A stretch of 64,000 bases of DNA, taken from contig JAUCBJ010002429.1 of NCBI GenBank assembly GCA_032718475.1, forward strand, positions 1 through 64,000, written 5' to 3'. The notes beneath the pieces were generated by a model. The model searched no databases, was not told the origin of the DNA, and saw nothing but the letters and a program-made list of their open reading frames with translations. The DNA is from Nemertoderma westbladi (lineage: Eukaryota; Animalia; Xenacoelomorpha). The translations under genes were made by a program, and so were the position numbers. Below are positions 14,101-27,259 of this stretch, in pieces. How positions within the stretch are numbered: position 1 is the stretch's first letter; every line of letters begins with the position of its first letter.

Positions 14101-17100
14101 CTAATTGTAGTAGTAGTAATTCCTTTGAGTTATTAGTTGGCCTAAATATGATATCCCACTCCATAGCGCATTCTTCATCCTTTCTGGTAGCTCAGTAAGC
14201 AACCCCGGCTGATGATAACCAGAAGTTTGAAACCTAGGTACCGGGTTCGAGCCTCAATTGGGTAGGTTAATATTTTTCGCTATGGAGAGCATTATTATAT
14301 TGTCATATTACATTATAATAGATTTGTAATTGACCCCGGTAGCAAACGTTCTCTTAACATATTAATCAGCTGTACTAGAAAGGTTATTTGTTTCCCATGT
14401 ACTCAATTGTTTTGTTTTTATTGTTAATAATATTGTCCTAATTTACCGTTATACAGAGGCTTTGACTCGGCGGTAAATTATATAGACTAATTCCCAATAA
14501 GGCAAATATATTACGACAGGTAAGACTCTTACAAACAACTGGAAATTGTGTTGGTTTGGTTATTGAGGTTGTGATCCTCCATAGTAAACCCTTCCACTCT
14601 GTTTCCCAAAGGAATGCCTGTTCACAACCATGGCTGATCTTCCACAGTAAACCCCTCCACTCTGTTTCCTAAAGGAATGCCTGTTCACCACCATGGATGA
14701 TCTTCCACAGTAAACCCTTCCACTCTGTTTCCTAGAGGAATGCCTGTTCACCACCATGGGTGATCTTCCACAGTAAACCCTTCCACTCTGTTCCTTAAAG
14801 GAATGCCTATTCACCACCATGGGTGATCTTCCACAGTAAACCCTTCAACTCTGTTTTCTAAAGGAATGCTGGTTCACCACCATGGTTGATCTTCCACAGT
14901 AAACCCTTAAACTCTGTTTCCGAATGGAATGCCTCTTCACCACCATGGTTCATCTTCCACAGTAAACCCTTCAACTCCGTTTTCTAAAGGAATGCCTGTT
15001 CACCACCATAGGTGATCTTCCACAGTAAACCCTTCCACACTGTTTCCTAAAGGAATGCCTGTTTAGCACCATTGGTGATCTTTCACAGTATACCCTTACA
15101 CTCTGTTTCTCAAATGAATGCCTGTTCACCACCATGGGTGATCTTCCACAGTAAACCTTTCAACTCTGTTTTCTAAAGGAAGGCTGGTTCACCACCATGG
15201 TTGATCTTCCACAGTAAACCCTTCCACTTTGTTTACCAAAGGAATGCCTGTTCACCACCATGGCTGGTCTTCCACAGTAAACCCTTCCACTCCGTTTTCT
15301 AAAGGAATGCCTGTTCACCACCATAGGTGATCTTCCACAGTAAACCCTTCCACACTGTTTCCTAAAGGAATGCCTGTTTAGCACCATTGGTGATCTGTCA
15401 CAGTAAACCCTTACACTCTGTTTCTCAAATGAATGCCTGTTCACCACCATGGGTGATCTTCCACAGTAAACCCTTCAACTCTGTTTTCTAAAGGAATGCT
15501 GGTTCACCACCATGGGTGATCTTCCACAGTAAACCCTTCCACTCTGTTTCCTAAATGAATACATGTTCTCCACAATGGGTGATCTTCCACAGTAAACCCT
15601 CCACTCTGTTTCCTAAAGGAATGCCTGTTCACCACCATGGGTGATCTTCCACACTGTTTCCTAAAGGAATACCTGTTCATAGGTGATCTTCCATAATAAA
15701 CCATTCCACTCTGTTTCCTAAAGGAATACCTGTTCACCACCATGGGTGATCTTCCACAGTAAACCCTTTCACACTGTTTCCTAAAGGAATACCTGTTCAC
15801 TGGCGGTCTTCCACAGTAAACCATTACACATTGTCTCCCAAAGGAATGCCTGTTCACCACCATGGGTGATCTTCCACTGTAAACCCTTCCACGCTGTTTC
15901 GTAAAGGAATACCTGTTCACTTGTGATCTTCCACAGTAAACCATTCCACATTGTCTCCCAAAGGAATGCCTGTTCACCACCATGGATGATCTTCCACAGT
16001 AAACCCTTCAACTCTGTCTCCCAAAGAAATGCCTGTTCACCACCATGGGTGATCTTGCACAGTAAACCCTTCCAATCTGTTTCCCAAAGGAATGCCAGTT
16101 CACCAACATGGGTGATCTTCCACAGTAAACCATTCCACACTGTTTCCTAATGGAATTCCAGTTCGTTGGTGATCTTCCACAGTAAAACCATTCCACTCTG
16201 TTTCCCAAAGAAATGCCTGTTCACCACCATGGGTGATCTTCCACAGTAAACCCTTCCACTCTGTTTCCTAAAGGAATACCGTTCTCCACAATGGGTGATC
16301 TTCCACAGTAAACCCTTCCACTCTGTTTCCTAAAGAATACCTGTTCACCACCATGGATGATCTTCCACAGTAAACCCTTCCACTCTGTTTCCTAAAGGAA
16401 TACCTGTTCACTGGTGATCTTCCACAGTAAACCATTCCACTCTGTTTCCTAAAGAATACCTGTTCACCACCATGGGTGATCTTCCACAGTAAACCATTCC
16501 ACTCTGTTTCCTAAAGGAATACCTGTTCACTGGTGATCTTCCACAGTAAACCCTTCCACTCTGTTTCCTAAAGGAATACCGTTCTCCACAATGGGTGATC
16601 TTCCACAGTAAACCCTTCCACTCTGTTTCCTAAAGAATACCTGTTCACCACCATGGGTAATCTTCCACAGTAAACCCTTCCACTCTGTTTCCTAAAGGAA
16701 TACCTGTTCACTGGTGATCTTCCACAGTAAACCATTCCACTCTGTTTCCTAAAGAATACCTGTTCACCACCATGGGTGATCTTCCACAGTAAATCCTTCC
16801 ACACTGTTTCCTAAAGGAATACCTGTTCACTGGTGATCTTCCACAGTAAACCCTTCCACTCTGTTTCCTAAAGGAATACCTGTTCACTGGTGATCTTCCA
16901 CAGTAAACCCTTCCACTCTGTTTCCTAAAGAAATGCCTGTCCACCACCATGGGTGATCTTCCACAGTAAACCCTTCCACTCTGTTTCCTAAAGGAATGCC
17001 TGTTCACCACAATAATGCGGGATTTTCCACAGATTCAGGAATGGTTGTTAACCCAAGACTACATCCCAATACTACTTCCTTAAACATCAGCTGGAGACAA

Positions 17101-17586
17101 CACATGACAAACACCGACCTTTATGGTACAATAACCACCTGTATCAACCACCCTCCGTGAATGCTGACTAAGATTCAGTGGGCACTGCTAGAGAAGTAAA
17201 CAAGAGGTCATACCAGAACTACACTTTTGAAAACCACCACAACCGGCTACCGGCTGCTGAATGACATATGTAGAACAACTTGAAAGGGATACTGTAGGGC
17301 CTACTGGACTTATGAGAAACGAAATTGCGACAATTATGGAGAATCGGGAACCCTCGATGGATCTCATTTCCACTGTCCGTGCTCGCTTGCTCGATCGTGT
17401 AGTTGTAGTAACACTAGAAATTACTTTCAATATACTGTAGTAAATCTCTTCCTACCTGTATATTTTAACCAACTCCACTTCCATATTGGCCAGTCCCAGA
17501 GCGTCTTTGGACGAACCAGAATAATGACCACATTGAGACAAATTAATAAACCATAGGCCAATTAAAAATATTATAGGCGGTACCAT
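2144..17586 (-). CDS. P4HA: Prolyl 4-hydroxylase alpha subunit-like gene, copy A (partial; coding exons 17456-17586, 13703-13795, 13375-13544, 9425-9592, 7191-7415, 2427-2566, 2144-2323)
   Basis: All exons are GT-AG flanked, the same length as in copy B and phase-compatible. Protein has a signal peptide, YWNHPIRLLHLVRRL, EKAAYVLMRINEVYDI, LYDFLQYSYFQNG and CRYNNKGNNPRLLLKPLKEE...IIIYHDML, which are P4HA N-terminal/TPR/pre-catalytic motifs. Downstream catalytic exons not seen in the window. Confidence 0.88.
3330..7052 (-). mobile_element. Degraded LTR-retrotransposon remnant (BEL/Pao-like) in P4HA intron 5, shared with the right arm
   Basis: Reverse complement of ~34509-36160 plus extra blocks; ...TTTCACA followed by TTTTGGTGCCGG (LTR end plus tRNA-type PBS) and a gag-like coiled-coil ORF 5012-5398. 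Confidence 0.5.
7773..9080 (-). mobile_element. Rearranged RTE-clade LINE fragment (RT region plus 3' tail)
   Basis: ORF 7934-8653: ASGVNGVPPE, PVPKKGNL, RGISLISIAAKLYNRILLNRI, NQNGFRKGR; absent at the matching site in the right arm (~33320). Confidence 0.85.
9635..9960 (-). repeat. RTE RT fragment followed by four ~66-bp tandem copies of an RTE-like 3' terminus, each with a (TAG)n tail
   Basis: IVLDYAMRMAT...GFTL...RRSSRY RT motif; unit is related to the element end at 17335-17410 / 29060-29140. Confidence 0.7.
10166..11078 (+). mobile_element. 5'-truncated CRE-type non-LTR retrotransposon (zinc finger + restriction-like endonuclease), A-tail, 12-bp TSD
   Basis: ORF: CDGCG...H...CKKGG...RHNELR...RCDVGVRG...FDIR...EDEKKRLY; TSD AAGTAATTTGAG at 10154-10165 and 11079-11090; empty site present in the right arm (~32612). 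Confidence 0.85.
11900..13175 (-). mobile_element. Non-autonomous repeat with 315-bp internal tandem duplication, (ACG)n microsatellite and terminal hairpin (DINE-1/HINE-like)
   Basis: Sequence near 12433 recurs at 12748; (ACG)n at ~13033-13100; hairpin-like end at ~13140-13173; absent from the right arm. Confidence 0.45.
13850..14118 (+). mobile_element. RTE LINE 3' end
   Basis: HNLVLWQPHG...LKDTGLEDADDLANVMGDRELWRR C-terminal motif, short UTR, TAG repeats. Confidence 0.75.
14183..14400 (+). mobile_element. Possible tRNA-derived SINE head
   Basis: A-box-like TAGCTCAGTAA (14188) and B-box GGTTCGAGCC (14244); no tRNA cloverleaf. Confidence 0.4.
14570..17010. repeat. ~60-bp minisatellite, ~40 units with 51-60 bp variants (two further units at 17737-17850)
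   Basis: Unit GTGATCTTCCACAGTAAACCCTTCCACTCTGTTTCCTAAAGGAATGCCTGTTCACCACCATGG. Confidence 0.97.
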
Positions 17587-20044
17587 TCTGTTATCACTAA
17601 AAAATAAAGCTATATTTAGATATTTTAGTAGATCTAAACAGAAAACAAAAAAAATGTTGTTTTACACAACTTTGAGTGCCGTTTTATGCGTTCAATCTAT
17701 ATGAATGGGAGAATCTTTTAGGCTCGTTAAGCCAAGGGATGCCTGTTCACCACCATGGGTGATCTTCCACAGTAAACCCTTCCACTCTGTTTCCGAAAGG
17801 AATGCCTGTTCACCACCATGGGTGATCTTCCACAGTAAACCCTTCCACTGGTGTGTTCACATATGAATGTGGTATAAGGGTACGTTAATGTGGAGACACT
17901 GCTAGCAACCCGATGTACAACGCTGTCGCCACATATGCGACCCGTTAAACTGCTGAATAAATAAATCAATACGCGGACAGCCACATGTTACCGTCAATAT
18001 CCTTGCAGCCTATCACTACTATTCGCTATTAAAATAATAATGCACAATAATTAATTATTACTACCAAAAATGCTTTCCTTTCAGTGGATCAGTAACCTTT
18101 TTTGCACATTTTATCATTGCATTGGTTATCATCAATTCACAAATAATCTCTCAATTAAGTTTTATGGGATGTATGCAAATATTGATTAACCATTAACCAC
18201 TTGAAACCAAGTATGGTTGGAGCCAAGCACGCCGCCTATATGGGTTTCAAACTACTGTATATAGACTTACGGCGCAAAATTTACTTTTCGCCTCTACTGT
18301 AATCTACAGTATTACATCCACAGTATTATACTATTTACTTCCTTGGTCAAAAAGCAGCACTTTTCAGGGTGGTGCATCAACATAATATTACGCAACAAAT
18401 TATTTACACCTAATTACTGTAGATAGGCCTAACTTTTTGCACCAAAAAAACGTTGAGAGTGATAAATCGAAGAGTTGTCCGAAAAAGGTTTTACTACTCC
18501 CCACCCTTAAGTTCAATAATACTGAAGTAGGACCAGTGTACAGTACAGCACTTTAACATATATAATTGTTTATCTTTGGTTAGGGTTAGTTGGTCAGGCA
18601 GGGCCAATGGTAAGGGTCCAAAATTCAACAATGAGTGAATTAAGTGAATGGACAATGAATTACGGTTAGGGTTACATGACAGTTTTAATTAGGGGTTCGG
18701 ACCGCCATTTCACTTTGAATTAGGGTTTCGGAACGCTACTCTCGAAATCTGGGGCGAAATGCTCTGGGGGTGATTTGGTGTTAGGCGAAAATGCCCGCGA
18801 ATTCCGCGCGCATCTACTGTATGAGATCAACTCCAAGGAGGGAGACGCTGATTTGTGATCTAACTATTCAGACGAGTATTTGGGAGTCGTGGAACCTAAA
18901 TTCGGGTATTTTCGCCTGTGACACGGCGGTCCCGCCGGAATATACAGTAGGGGCGCAATACAGAACCCCAACCCCCCCCCCCCCCCCCCCCCCTCCCTCC
19001 TTCATCGCAAAGCAAAGCTTAATGTAATTACATTTAATATCTGGAACAGAGAGAGTTTCGCCTCTTTTCACCTCCTTACTTACAGCTAGTCTAACAGCCT
19101 AGACTGAGAACACTCACCTTAGGCAGAGATGACTCTCGCACATTAATTACGAAAAATCAAACAAATAGTTATTTATTACATTTTATTCAGTATTTAACTA
19201 TTTAAGTTAAATCCTGATGCTGCCTTCCTCAATGTTACATAATTATAATAAATATTTAGAGAAAATACGAAAGAATACCTGAATACTGCTAGCCATAGTT
19301 CCAAGGTACAGCGGAAAGTAGTAGCGGAAGATAGGCTCGCGCAGGTGCATAACCATGCAACATTTGAACGCTCATATCTCAGCTATTTTTTAACGAAATT
19401 CAAATTGCGTTACATATTTGAAATTCTTGCAGGGCCAGCTTTCCATTGGTACCAACAAACAGCTATAACGTATAAGAACAACTGCGGTGTAACTGGTGTA
19501 ATATCGCTGGAGACACTTTTTTTAAACGCTTGTAGCTAAAGATTGAAAGCAAAAATAAAAATTCTGGCTCACCCAGTCAGTGGTCGGGAGGTGAAACTAT
19601 CTCTGTTTCAAATTTCATGCAATCTCATTACGATTTGTAGAAAAATTAGGGGGGGGGGGGGGGGGGGGGGGGGGGTGTCAATGAATTACGACACTACAGT
19701 ATATTCTGGGACATTATGTAAATGTGTATCCAATAATATTGATCACTGGGGTCAACACTTATTAATTGTGAACAAGACGATTTAATTAATTGTGAACAAG
19801 ACGAGTTAATTAATTGTGAAGACGAGTGAACAAGACATGTCTGGGGGGGGGGGGGGCAGTGGAACTTGTCTGGGGGGGGGGGGCAGTGCCCGCAAAGCCC
19901 CTCCCCCCCCCCCCCCCCCCCCGCACGATACGGGCCTGCTACGGCACCAGAGCCAGCACATCAAATTTCTATATTCCCAATTGTAAATCCTTTCAAAGCG
20001 AAACCTTTTTCTTTAACGGAATAAAAAATTGGAATTCCCTACCG

Positions 20045-23000
20045 CCCAGTGAAAAATGCGCATGCGTATCGCAAGTGATTTTAAAGCGTCATGCGTTTTT
20101 ATTGCGGCTCAATAAATAGCGATAAAACTCTTGTGATTCGCATGTGAATCACATGTAAAATAGGGAAGCGATTCCACGCATGCGATTCACAACTTATTTT
20201 ACGCATGTGATTCCGTGCATGAAAATCGCATGCGAATCACACCTCATTTAACGCTTATTTTACGCATGTTTTACACCATGAGATTCTCAAGAGTTAATTC
20301 CCATGCGAATCGCATGTTTTTAATTACACTAAAGATTATTAATTAAAATAAAGTTGCCTATCAAGAAATAAATAGTTTTAAAATATAAAATGGATGAATA
20401 CGAATTATCTAATATGGCTGTCGAATACAGAGATTATATTAATATATTTTATAGAATTGAAAATTATAGGGAATAGTTAAAAGTGTATCATGGTTGTTCT
20501 AATCTATTTGTATTATCCTCTATATAACCAACCATTTCTAGTATTGATTCATACAGCATGTCTAATGTTCTAAGTCTAGAGAGTGAAATGTAAAGTAATG
20601 TAAGGTAAGTACAGTAGGCAGATGATACGGAAGCCCATAGTATCAAACAGTAGTGGAATAATCAACTACTGTATCATATTTTCTGTCACAAAGGTCTCAA
20701 TGTATTACACAAAAATCACAACCAGTAGATTTTTGCGATATTTATGCGTCATGACGCTTGAAAGTCGCAAGTGAATCGCATGTGAGTTTTATGCGACTGA
20801 ACGCAAGTTGTTGTGATTTTTATGCGACTTAAACGCAAGTTGTTGCGATATTTATGTGACATACTATTATGTGATTAACCTTCCTGGGTATGTAACATTC
20901 AATGTTCCCTGTGATAAAAACGAGACAGGCCGTCCGTCTGGTGGAATCGCAATCTCAGTGAATTCGAAATACAATGTTAACTGTAAAGAAATTACCTCCA
21001 GCAGTTCTACCATTGCTATAGCCTGCGGTGACTATGTCTTTATGGCGTGTTATTACACTCCACAGACATATGTATCAGATATTTTACTAGAACTCATACC
21101 TATGATCTCAGATGTTCGAAAGAAGACAGGAAAACCAATAATTGTATATGGTGATTTTAACTGTAGAATAGACGCTTCAGGTGAAAGGGGCAATGTATTG
21201 TGTAGTGGGCTTATGGGAGCAAACCTTCAGTGCATTAATGATCCTGTAATACCGACCTACTATTGTTGGAATGGAAGCAGTGCAATTGATTTATTCTTTG
21301 TTGATGCGTCACTGATAGACATGGTTGATATAAACGTGCAACCAACAGTTAACACAAAGCATCAGCGTGTTCGAGTGAACCTTCAATGTAATGGATTGAA
21401 AACAAAGATACCGCGCACTACAGCGATAAAGAAGGTCGACGTAGACAAACTCTCATATGAGCTTAACCTGAATAAATGTATGGACGCAGCTAACAAGGGT
21501 GTAACCGATCTCAATGAGTACATAACGAACGCTATTAGGATATCTGCAACCCCAGCGAGACCTAGAAAATTAAACCGGTGGTTTGACGTTGAATGCCGAA
21601 ACACTAAGAATGATGTATGTAGCAGTCTCAGGTCTATGAAAGAAAATCCAAACGAAGAAACTCGCTTACTATATCGGGAATTACAATCACGCTATAAGAT
21701 ACTGCTTAAACGTAAGAAAAAACTATTTCTACATAACCAGGAGACCAAAATAATTCTGGAATGCGAAAATGACAGATCAAATTTCTGGAATATTATTAAA
21801 CATCAGCAGCAACAAAAACCCACTGCTCAACATGTATCAGCAGAATCCTGGAATGATCATTTCGCCACATTACTAGCAGCGAATGAATCCTTGTCTCAAC
21901 CAACAGTTCCAGAACAACCCAATAACTATTTAGATCAGCCAATAGAAAGTGAAGAAGTTGCGGACACAATCAGGAAACAAAAGTCAGGGAAAGCGCCGGG
22001 GCCAGACGGTATAACAAATGATGTGATCAAGCAGATATCGGTGGGTGCGCTCCCATATTTATTAATGCTAATCCAACTGTGTTTTACTACAGCAACTTGT
22101 CCTGCAGCATGGCTATATGCCTACCTTATACCATTATTCAAAGGAAAGGGGGCTAAGTCTGAGCCTGGAAATTACCGTGGGATTGCCCTCCTATGCTGTA
22201 TGTTGAAAGTGTATACGTCGATTCTCTGTGGACGATTATACTGCTGGGCCGAATCTACAGGAATCCTGCCGGATGAGCAATTTGGTTTTCGCAAATCCAG
22301 ATCAACCATTATGGCGGTACGGCGGCTATACGAATACATTAACTCCGTCCTCAGCAACTCGGGTGGGCATGTATACTGTGTGTTCGTAGATTTCACAAAA
22401 GCCTTCGATTCGGTTGATCGTCAGCTTTTAATGAAGAAGCTATCAATATGCGGGGTAAGCAGAAAGTTCATTACCATTCTGTGGTCTATACTAGCGGTAA
22501 ACTATGTATGCATATGTGTCGGAAGATATGTAATAAATCCCATAGCACAGACCATTGGAGTTCTCCAAGGGGATAAGCTGTCACCATTACTGTTTAGCAT
22601 ATTTGTATATGATCTACCAGCAGCAATCGCATTAGCGTCATGTTATGTACTTATGTACGCAGATGATTTAGTAATATATGGAGAATCAATCAACGACGTG
22701 CAGGCCTCTCTTAACAAACTTGCTGAGTTCTGCTTGTTAAATAAATTATCAGTTAATCTCACAAAGACTAAAGCTGTGAAATGTAGAAACGGAGGACGTT
22801 TTTCAAACGATGATATTTTACTATTTAATGGAAAACAAATACAATTCGTAAGAAGTTTCGAATACCTCGGAGTAGTTTTGTCAACCCAAAATGGTCCATC
22901 GGCTCATTACCAACACCTATACAATAAAGGAATAGCATGTTGTGCTCGCTTGGCTTGTAAAGTTAAGTTGACCTCGATCTCGATGCGTTCAGCAAAGAGG

Positions 23001-23721
23001 TTGTGGCTAGGCATTGTCCGACCTACAGTGACTTATGGGTGTGAGATATTTACGACAGGTGATCTTGACGGCTTGGATCATGTGAGACGGACCCGCGCGT
23101 TTTACTGGAAGATGTGGGCGGGTATCTCAAAGTACTCCTCTTCAACGGACTTACTCGAAGTTATCGATAATAACGGTACGGGCAGCACTGGCCTAGACAT
23201 CGAGCCCCTATACGGGTTCAGGCGTCGCGCGGCCGCTCAGCTGATCGTTAACGGCTGCCACCAACGATGCTGCGACACGCCAAAATGCTGGCGACCGACT
23301 GATACCTGCATATGCAAACTGTGTCACCGCGCTGCGGATACGAACTTACATTATACAATCTGCGAGGGGATCCCACCAAACACCACATCGTTACGGAAAG
23401 CAATATTTTTAATGACCCTGGAACTCTAATTCTTTTAATAATAATATGCAATAATAATAATAATTTTAATAACTTTATTTATTTTAATAATTTAGTAAAC
23501 CACCTCTTAACAACCTACCTAGTTTGTGCGCTACCAACAGTATATTCAACATGCATATTTCATCTTATTTATCCGAATGTTTGGATGATAATTAAATAAT
23601 TCAATTATGTGACATAACTCAAGTAGATCGCTTGCGTAAAGGTCGGGCCATAACTCTTGGGAATCACATGAGATACGCCTGCGTTGCACGCTTGCGATAC
23701 GCTTGCGCACTTTTCACTGGG
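20045..23721. mobile_element. Non-autonomous CMC/EnSpm-like DNA transposon (CCCAG termini, 2-bp CG TSD), itself interrupted by a LINE
   Basis: TIR CCCAGTGAAAAATGCGCATGCGTATCGCAAG vs CTTGCGATACGCTTGCGCACTTTTCACTGGG; CG flanks both ends; many internal CGCATG(C/T)G subterminal motifs. Confidence 0.75.
20875..23603 (+). mobile_element. 5'-truncated LINE with open EN-RT-zinc finger reading frame to 23429 (RTE-X-like), 9-bp TSD
   Basis: GDFNCR, KAPGPDG, NYRGIAL, QFGFRK, FVDFTKAFDSV, GVLQGDKLSPLLF, YADD, C-terminal CKLC...H...C; TSD ATTATGTGA at 20866-20874 and 23604-23612. Confidence 0.9.
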
Positions 23722-24611
23722 CGAATAACATTAAAAATATTAAAAAAGAACATGCCTTTAAGTCTGCAGTAAAATCCTATCTCCAAGACCATTGCAAATT
23801 CTTATATAGCAGTAAGTAGTTAGCAGTATTGTTCAATATTAAATAGGTGGATGTGCAATAATTAGTGATAATGATCAATTTTGTATTTCTTGTATCTTCT
23901 TTAGTTTAAATTAGATAATTAGTCTATATACTGTAGTTAGTTTAGTTTGTATTGGTAACCAAGTAACTTGAAGGACCCCCTTGGAAATAAGCTGCAAAGC
24001 TTTAGGGGTAATCCTATATGTTATGTTGGACAATACCTTTATACCAGTACATTGTTTGGTGTATTTGTTATTGTTTTGACATAATGTATAAATAAATCTA
24101 TCTATACTGCTATAGGTCTGCAGGTTGATGTACCGTATTGAACCGTGGAGATCAGAGATTTCCATTACATCCTGATTGTCGACCCTGTGGGACTAAACCT
24201 ACCTACATTCACCCTACACGTGCATCTACATGTAGGCTACACATACCTACAGCTACAGGAATACCTCTACACAAAAGATATACCCAAATAATAATAATGA
24301 AATAAATAATAAGCCAATAAGTTGTTTAGATGGCCTTGGTAGTAGGCCTACTCAACTCATGAAATACTGAAATATCAGAATAGAGTAGCCTATGGTAGTT
24401 ACAGTCAGACGTAGTTGCCGCCTGGACTGTCTGTCAGCCTGCTGGCCTGTTGCCGCTACGGCGCTACTGCGTTACCTACTGCAGTACTGCTTCAATTAGG
24501 CTACAGAAATAGGCTGCACCGGTCAGCCGCTGCGCGATTGCTGCAAAATCATCAGTGTACCTGGTACCGGCTGACGGTATCCAACCAGTATCAGTGTTCC
24601 GGCTGTCCGGT

Positions 24612-25118
24612 ATGGCTGGTTCCGCTCTTAAACGTCTTATGTCCGAATACAAGCAACTGACTCTCAACCCCCCGGACGGCATTATAGCCGGGCCTTTGGA
24701 GGAAGACAACTTTTTCGTCTGGGAGTGTCTCATTACGGGACCGATTGGGACTCCATTCGAGGACGGGGTATTCCCAGCTATCCTAACATTCCCAACAGAC
24801 TATCCCCTATCTCCCCCAACAATGCGGTTTAACTGCGAGATGTTCCATCCCAATGTGTACCCCGACGGATTGGTGTGTATATCGATCCTTCACCCACCTG
24901 GGGACGACCCGTTGGGGTACGAGAGAAGCGAGGAACGTTGGTCTCCAGTGCAGTCGGTAGAGAAGATTCTTCTATCCGTTGTCTCCATGTTGGCCGAACC
25001 GAACGATGAATCCGGGGCCAATGTTGACGCCTCGAAGATGTGGCGGGATGATAGAGAACAGTTTATTAGGTTGGCTAGGAGACTGGTCTGTAAGTCTTTG
25101 GGGTTGCCTGCCGATTAG
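24612..25118 (+). CDS. UBE2G2: Ubiquitin-conjugating enzyme E2 G2 (Ubc7 ortholog), intronless, 168 aa
   Basis: [21 protein letters not shown]...[17 protein letters not shown]...acidic loop GDDPLGYE...[37 protein letters not shown]; catalytic Cys intact. Confidence 0.97.
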   Translation: MAGSALKRLMSEYKQLTLNPPDGIIAGPLEEDNFFVWECLITGPIGTPFEDGVFPAILTFPTDYPLSPPTMRFNCEMFHPNVYPDGLVCISILHPPGDDPLGYERSEERWSPVQSVEKILLSVVSMLAEPNDESGANVDASKMWRDDREQFIRLARRLVCKSLGLPAD

Positions 25119-25934
25119 TTCAATTTGTAGGGAATTTTTTAATGTTTGTATTTGTCATATAATATAAAGATTAATTTTATGTTCTGGTGAATAATATTAT
25201 CGCTGTATGTTTTCATTATTTAACATTTAATAATTATTATTGTAGTAGAACTTTATCCCCCACCAGTCCCGATCCCCAATGTGTACACGAACGATAGAAT
25301 CTAAGGATGGATATAAAAACGTTTTATAAATTATGTTTTTATATTCAATTCAACTAATGAATCCTTATCTATTAAAACTTTTTGAACCTAAAATAACCTA
25401 ATTAACTTAAAATGCTGTTAAAGTTAATAAATACTGTAGGGCCTAATCATTAAAGTTATCAATGCTGCAGCTGATATGTATTGTATTGAATGTGTTGGCG
25501 GCTTTGTAACAGAATCCATGAACCAGAATTAATATAAATTAACTTTCTATTTATTTACTTAAATATCATATCAACTTACGACTTAATTAATAATAAAAAA
25601 ATTTAATTTATTAATAATTATTAACCAACATAATAAACTTCCAGATCGGTCCATTGGATAAATACATAATCCACAGTTTTGGAAGATTGATTGGATATTG
25701 TCCACAAATGCGGACATAAACAGAAAAGCTAACAAAAAAGGGGATATTTTAAAGAAAATGACCAAAAGAAATGACTGACTATGTAAGGTACTTTATTTTT
25801 ATTTTTTCAACTTTTTTAGTTCACTTAAGTAGTTACTAATGCAACCGTAACTGCGATAAAATTATCTGTAGGGCGCCGGTATCTAAATTAAAGTAAGAGC
25901 TGTGGTTGGGATCGGGTTTAAGAATAGCTGGACT

Positions 25935-27253
25935 TTAACCCTATTATAACCGGGGGGGGGGGGGGGGGGGTCATATAAAATCTATCTAAAATCTACAAAT
26001 TTTAATGAAAACGTCTTATTTTTTGTTTGTACATAGATTTCACTGTCCGAATCCGACTGAAAAAAAATTTCAAAAAATGTACTGGGGTGGTTATTTTGCA
26101 GCACCAAAATTACAATAAGTAGTGAACAATTTTCATAAAATTTGAAAATTACAATTTTCGGCTAATTGTTTTTCAGCACAGGTTTTCTGGGGCGCAAAAC
26201 CCAATGGAAAATGTTTAAAAATGATCTGATTACTGTAAATGGCTGTTTTAGTCCTCTTAAAATTACAAGTTAACCAGAACTTTTCAGTTTGAACACAAAA
26301 TTTTTAATTCACTTATACGTTGCTCTAAATTTAGGTTTTCTGGGGCGCCGATTCTAATCGAATACCTTTCTAATTTGCCAGATCATTGCTACTTCGTGTT
26401 TTTCGGTGCAATATGGTAAATTTTAATGCTGACACCAAATTTCGTACCCATCATCAAAAAGTACAAGTTTGAAATGTCCACTATTGTTGTTATTGATTCC
26501 ATCGGATTCAGGACCCTCACAAACCCGTATAACGCAAGAAACAAGATGACACAATCAATTGATATATTTGATGGTTTTCAAAATTTGGTGCTAGCACCAA
26601 ATTTTGCACCTACTTCAGAAAAATACGAGTTTGAGATGTCTAGTTAGATAATTACTAATTCCATTGAATTCAGAACCGCAATAAACCTCTAAAACGCGAG
26701 AAATAAGTTGTCACAAGCAATTGATCTATTGAATGGATATTCAAAATTTCGTGCTGGCACAAAATTTAGCACACATCACCGAAAAATACAAGTTTGAAAC
26801 GACTGGTTTAACTCGTTATATTCCATCGAAACCAGAACAAAAAAAAAACCCTATTGCGTAAAAACAGGTTTAAACAATCAATTTACAAAATTGACATTTT
26901 AAAATTTGGTGCTGGCACCAAAATTTGGCACCCGTCGAGAAAAACAAGTTTGAATTTTCTAAATTAATTTATATGAATTCCATCTAATTGCAAACACCAA
27001 AAAACGGTGTAAATAAATATTTTTCAAATCATATTTCATGAAATGTAATTTTCAAAAAACGTCTCAAGAAAGTGCCAAAAGTAGGGTTAACAAATGGTGC
27101 TATAACTCGAAAACTTCCCAATATTTTTGAAAACCGTTTTCACTATTAGGAAGACAAAATATTTTTAGGAAAAGTCATAAAATTTCAGATTCCCAACTTC
27201 GTTTGTTTCAGATTTATAACAAAAAAACCACCCCCTGGGCTTTTCCGGTTTAA
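25935..27253. mobile_element. Probable non-autonomous DNA transposon with ~160-bp degenerate internal repeats
   Basis: TTAACCCT...poly-G start, C-rich/TTAA end; four diverged units starting near 26428, 26591, 26753, 26911. Confidence 0.4.
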
Positions 27254-27259
27254 TGGCAA

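Larger units (their letters stand above)
1760..18445 (-). repeat. Left arm of a large inverted segmental duplication (partner ~28084-37340)
   Basis: Exons, introns and upstream region are reverse complements of the right arm (e.g. 17850-18445 vs 28084-28690; 1760-2620 vs ~36390-37340). Confidence 0.95.
19939..23790 (+). mobile_element. CR1/L2-like ORF2 C-terminal fragment split by a DNA-transposon insertion
   Basis: YGTRAST...FFFNGIKNWNSLP (ends 20044) rejoins NNIKNIKKEHAFKSAVKSYL (from 23724) in frame once the insert and CG duplication are removed. Confidence 0.7.

Noticed and set aside
14570-17010. CRISPR-like regular array
   Set aside because: Units are contiguous near-identical tandem repeats with no unique spacers; eukaryotic context, no cas genes (same for 30470-30857 and 31746-32225)
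24555-24611. N-terminal extension of UBE2G2 in the ORF track
   Set aside because: Starts at a non-ATG codon; homology begins at ATG 24612 (MAGSALKRL)
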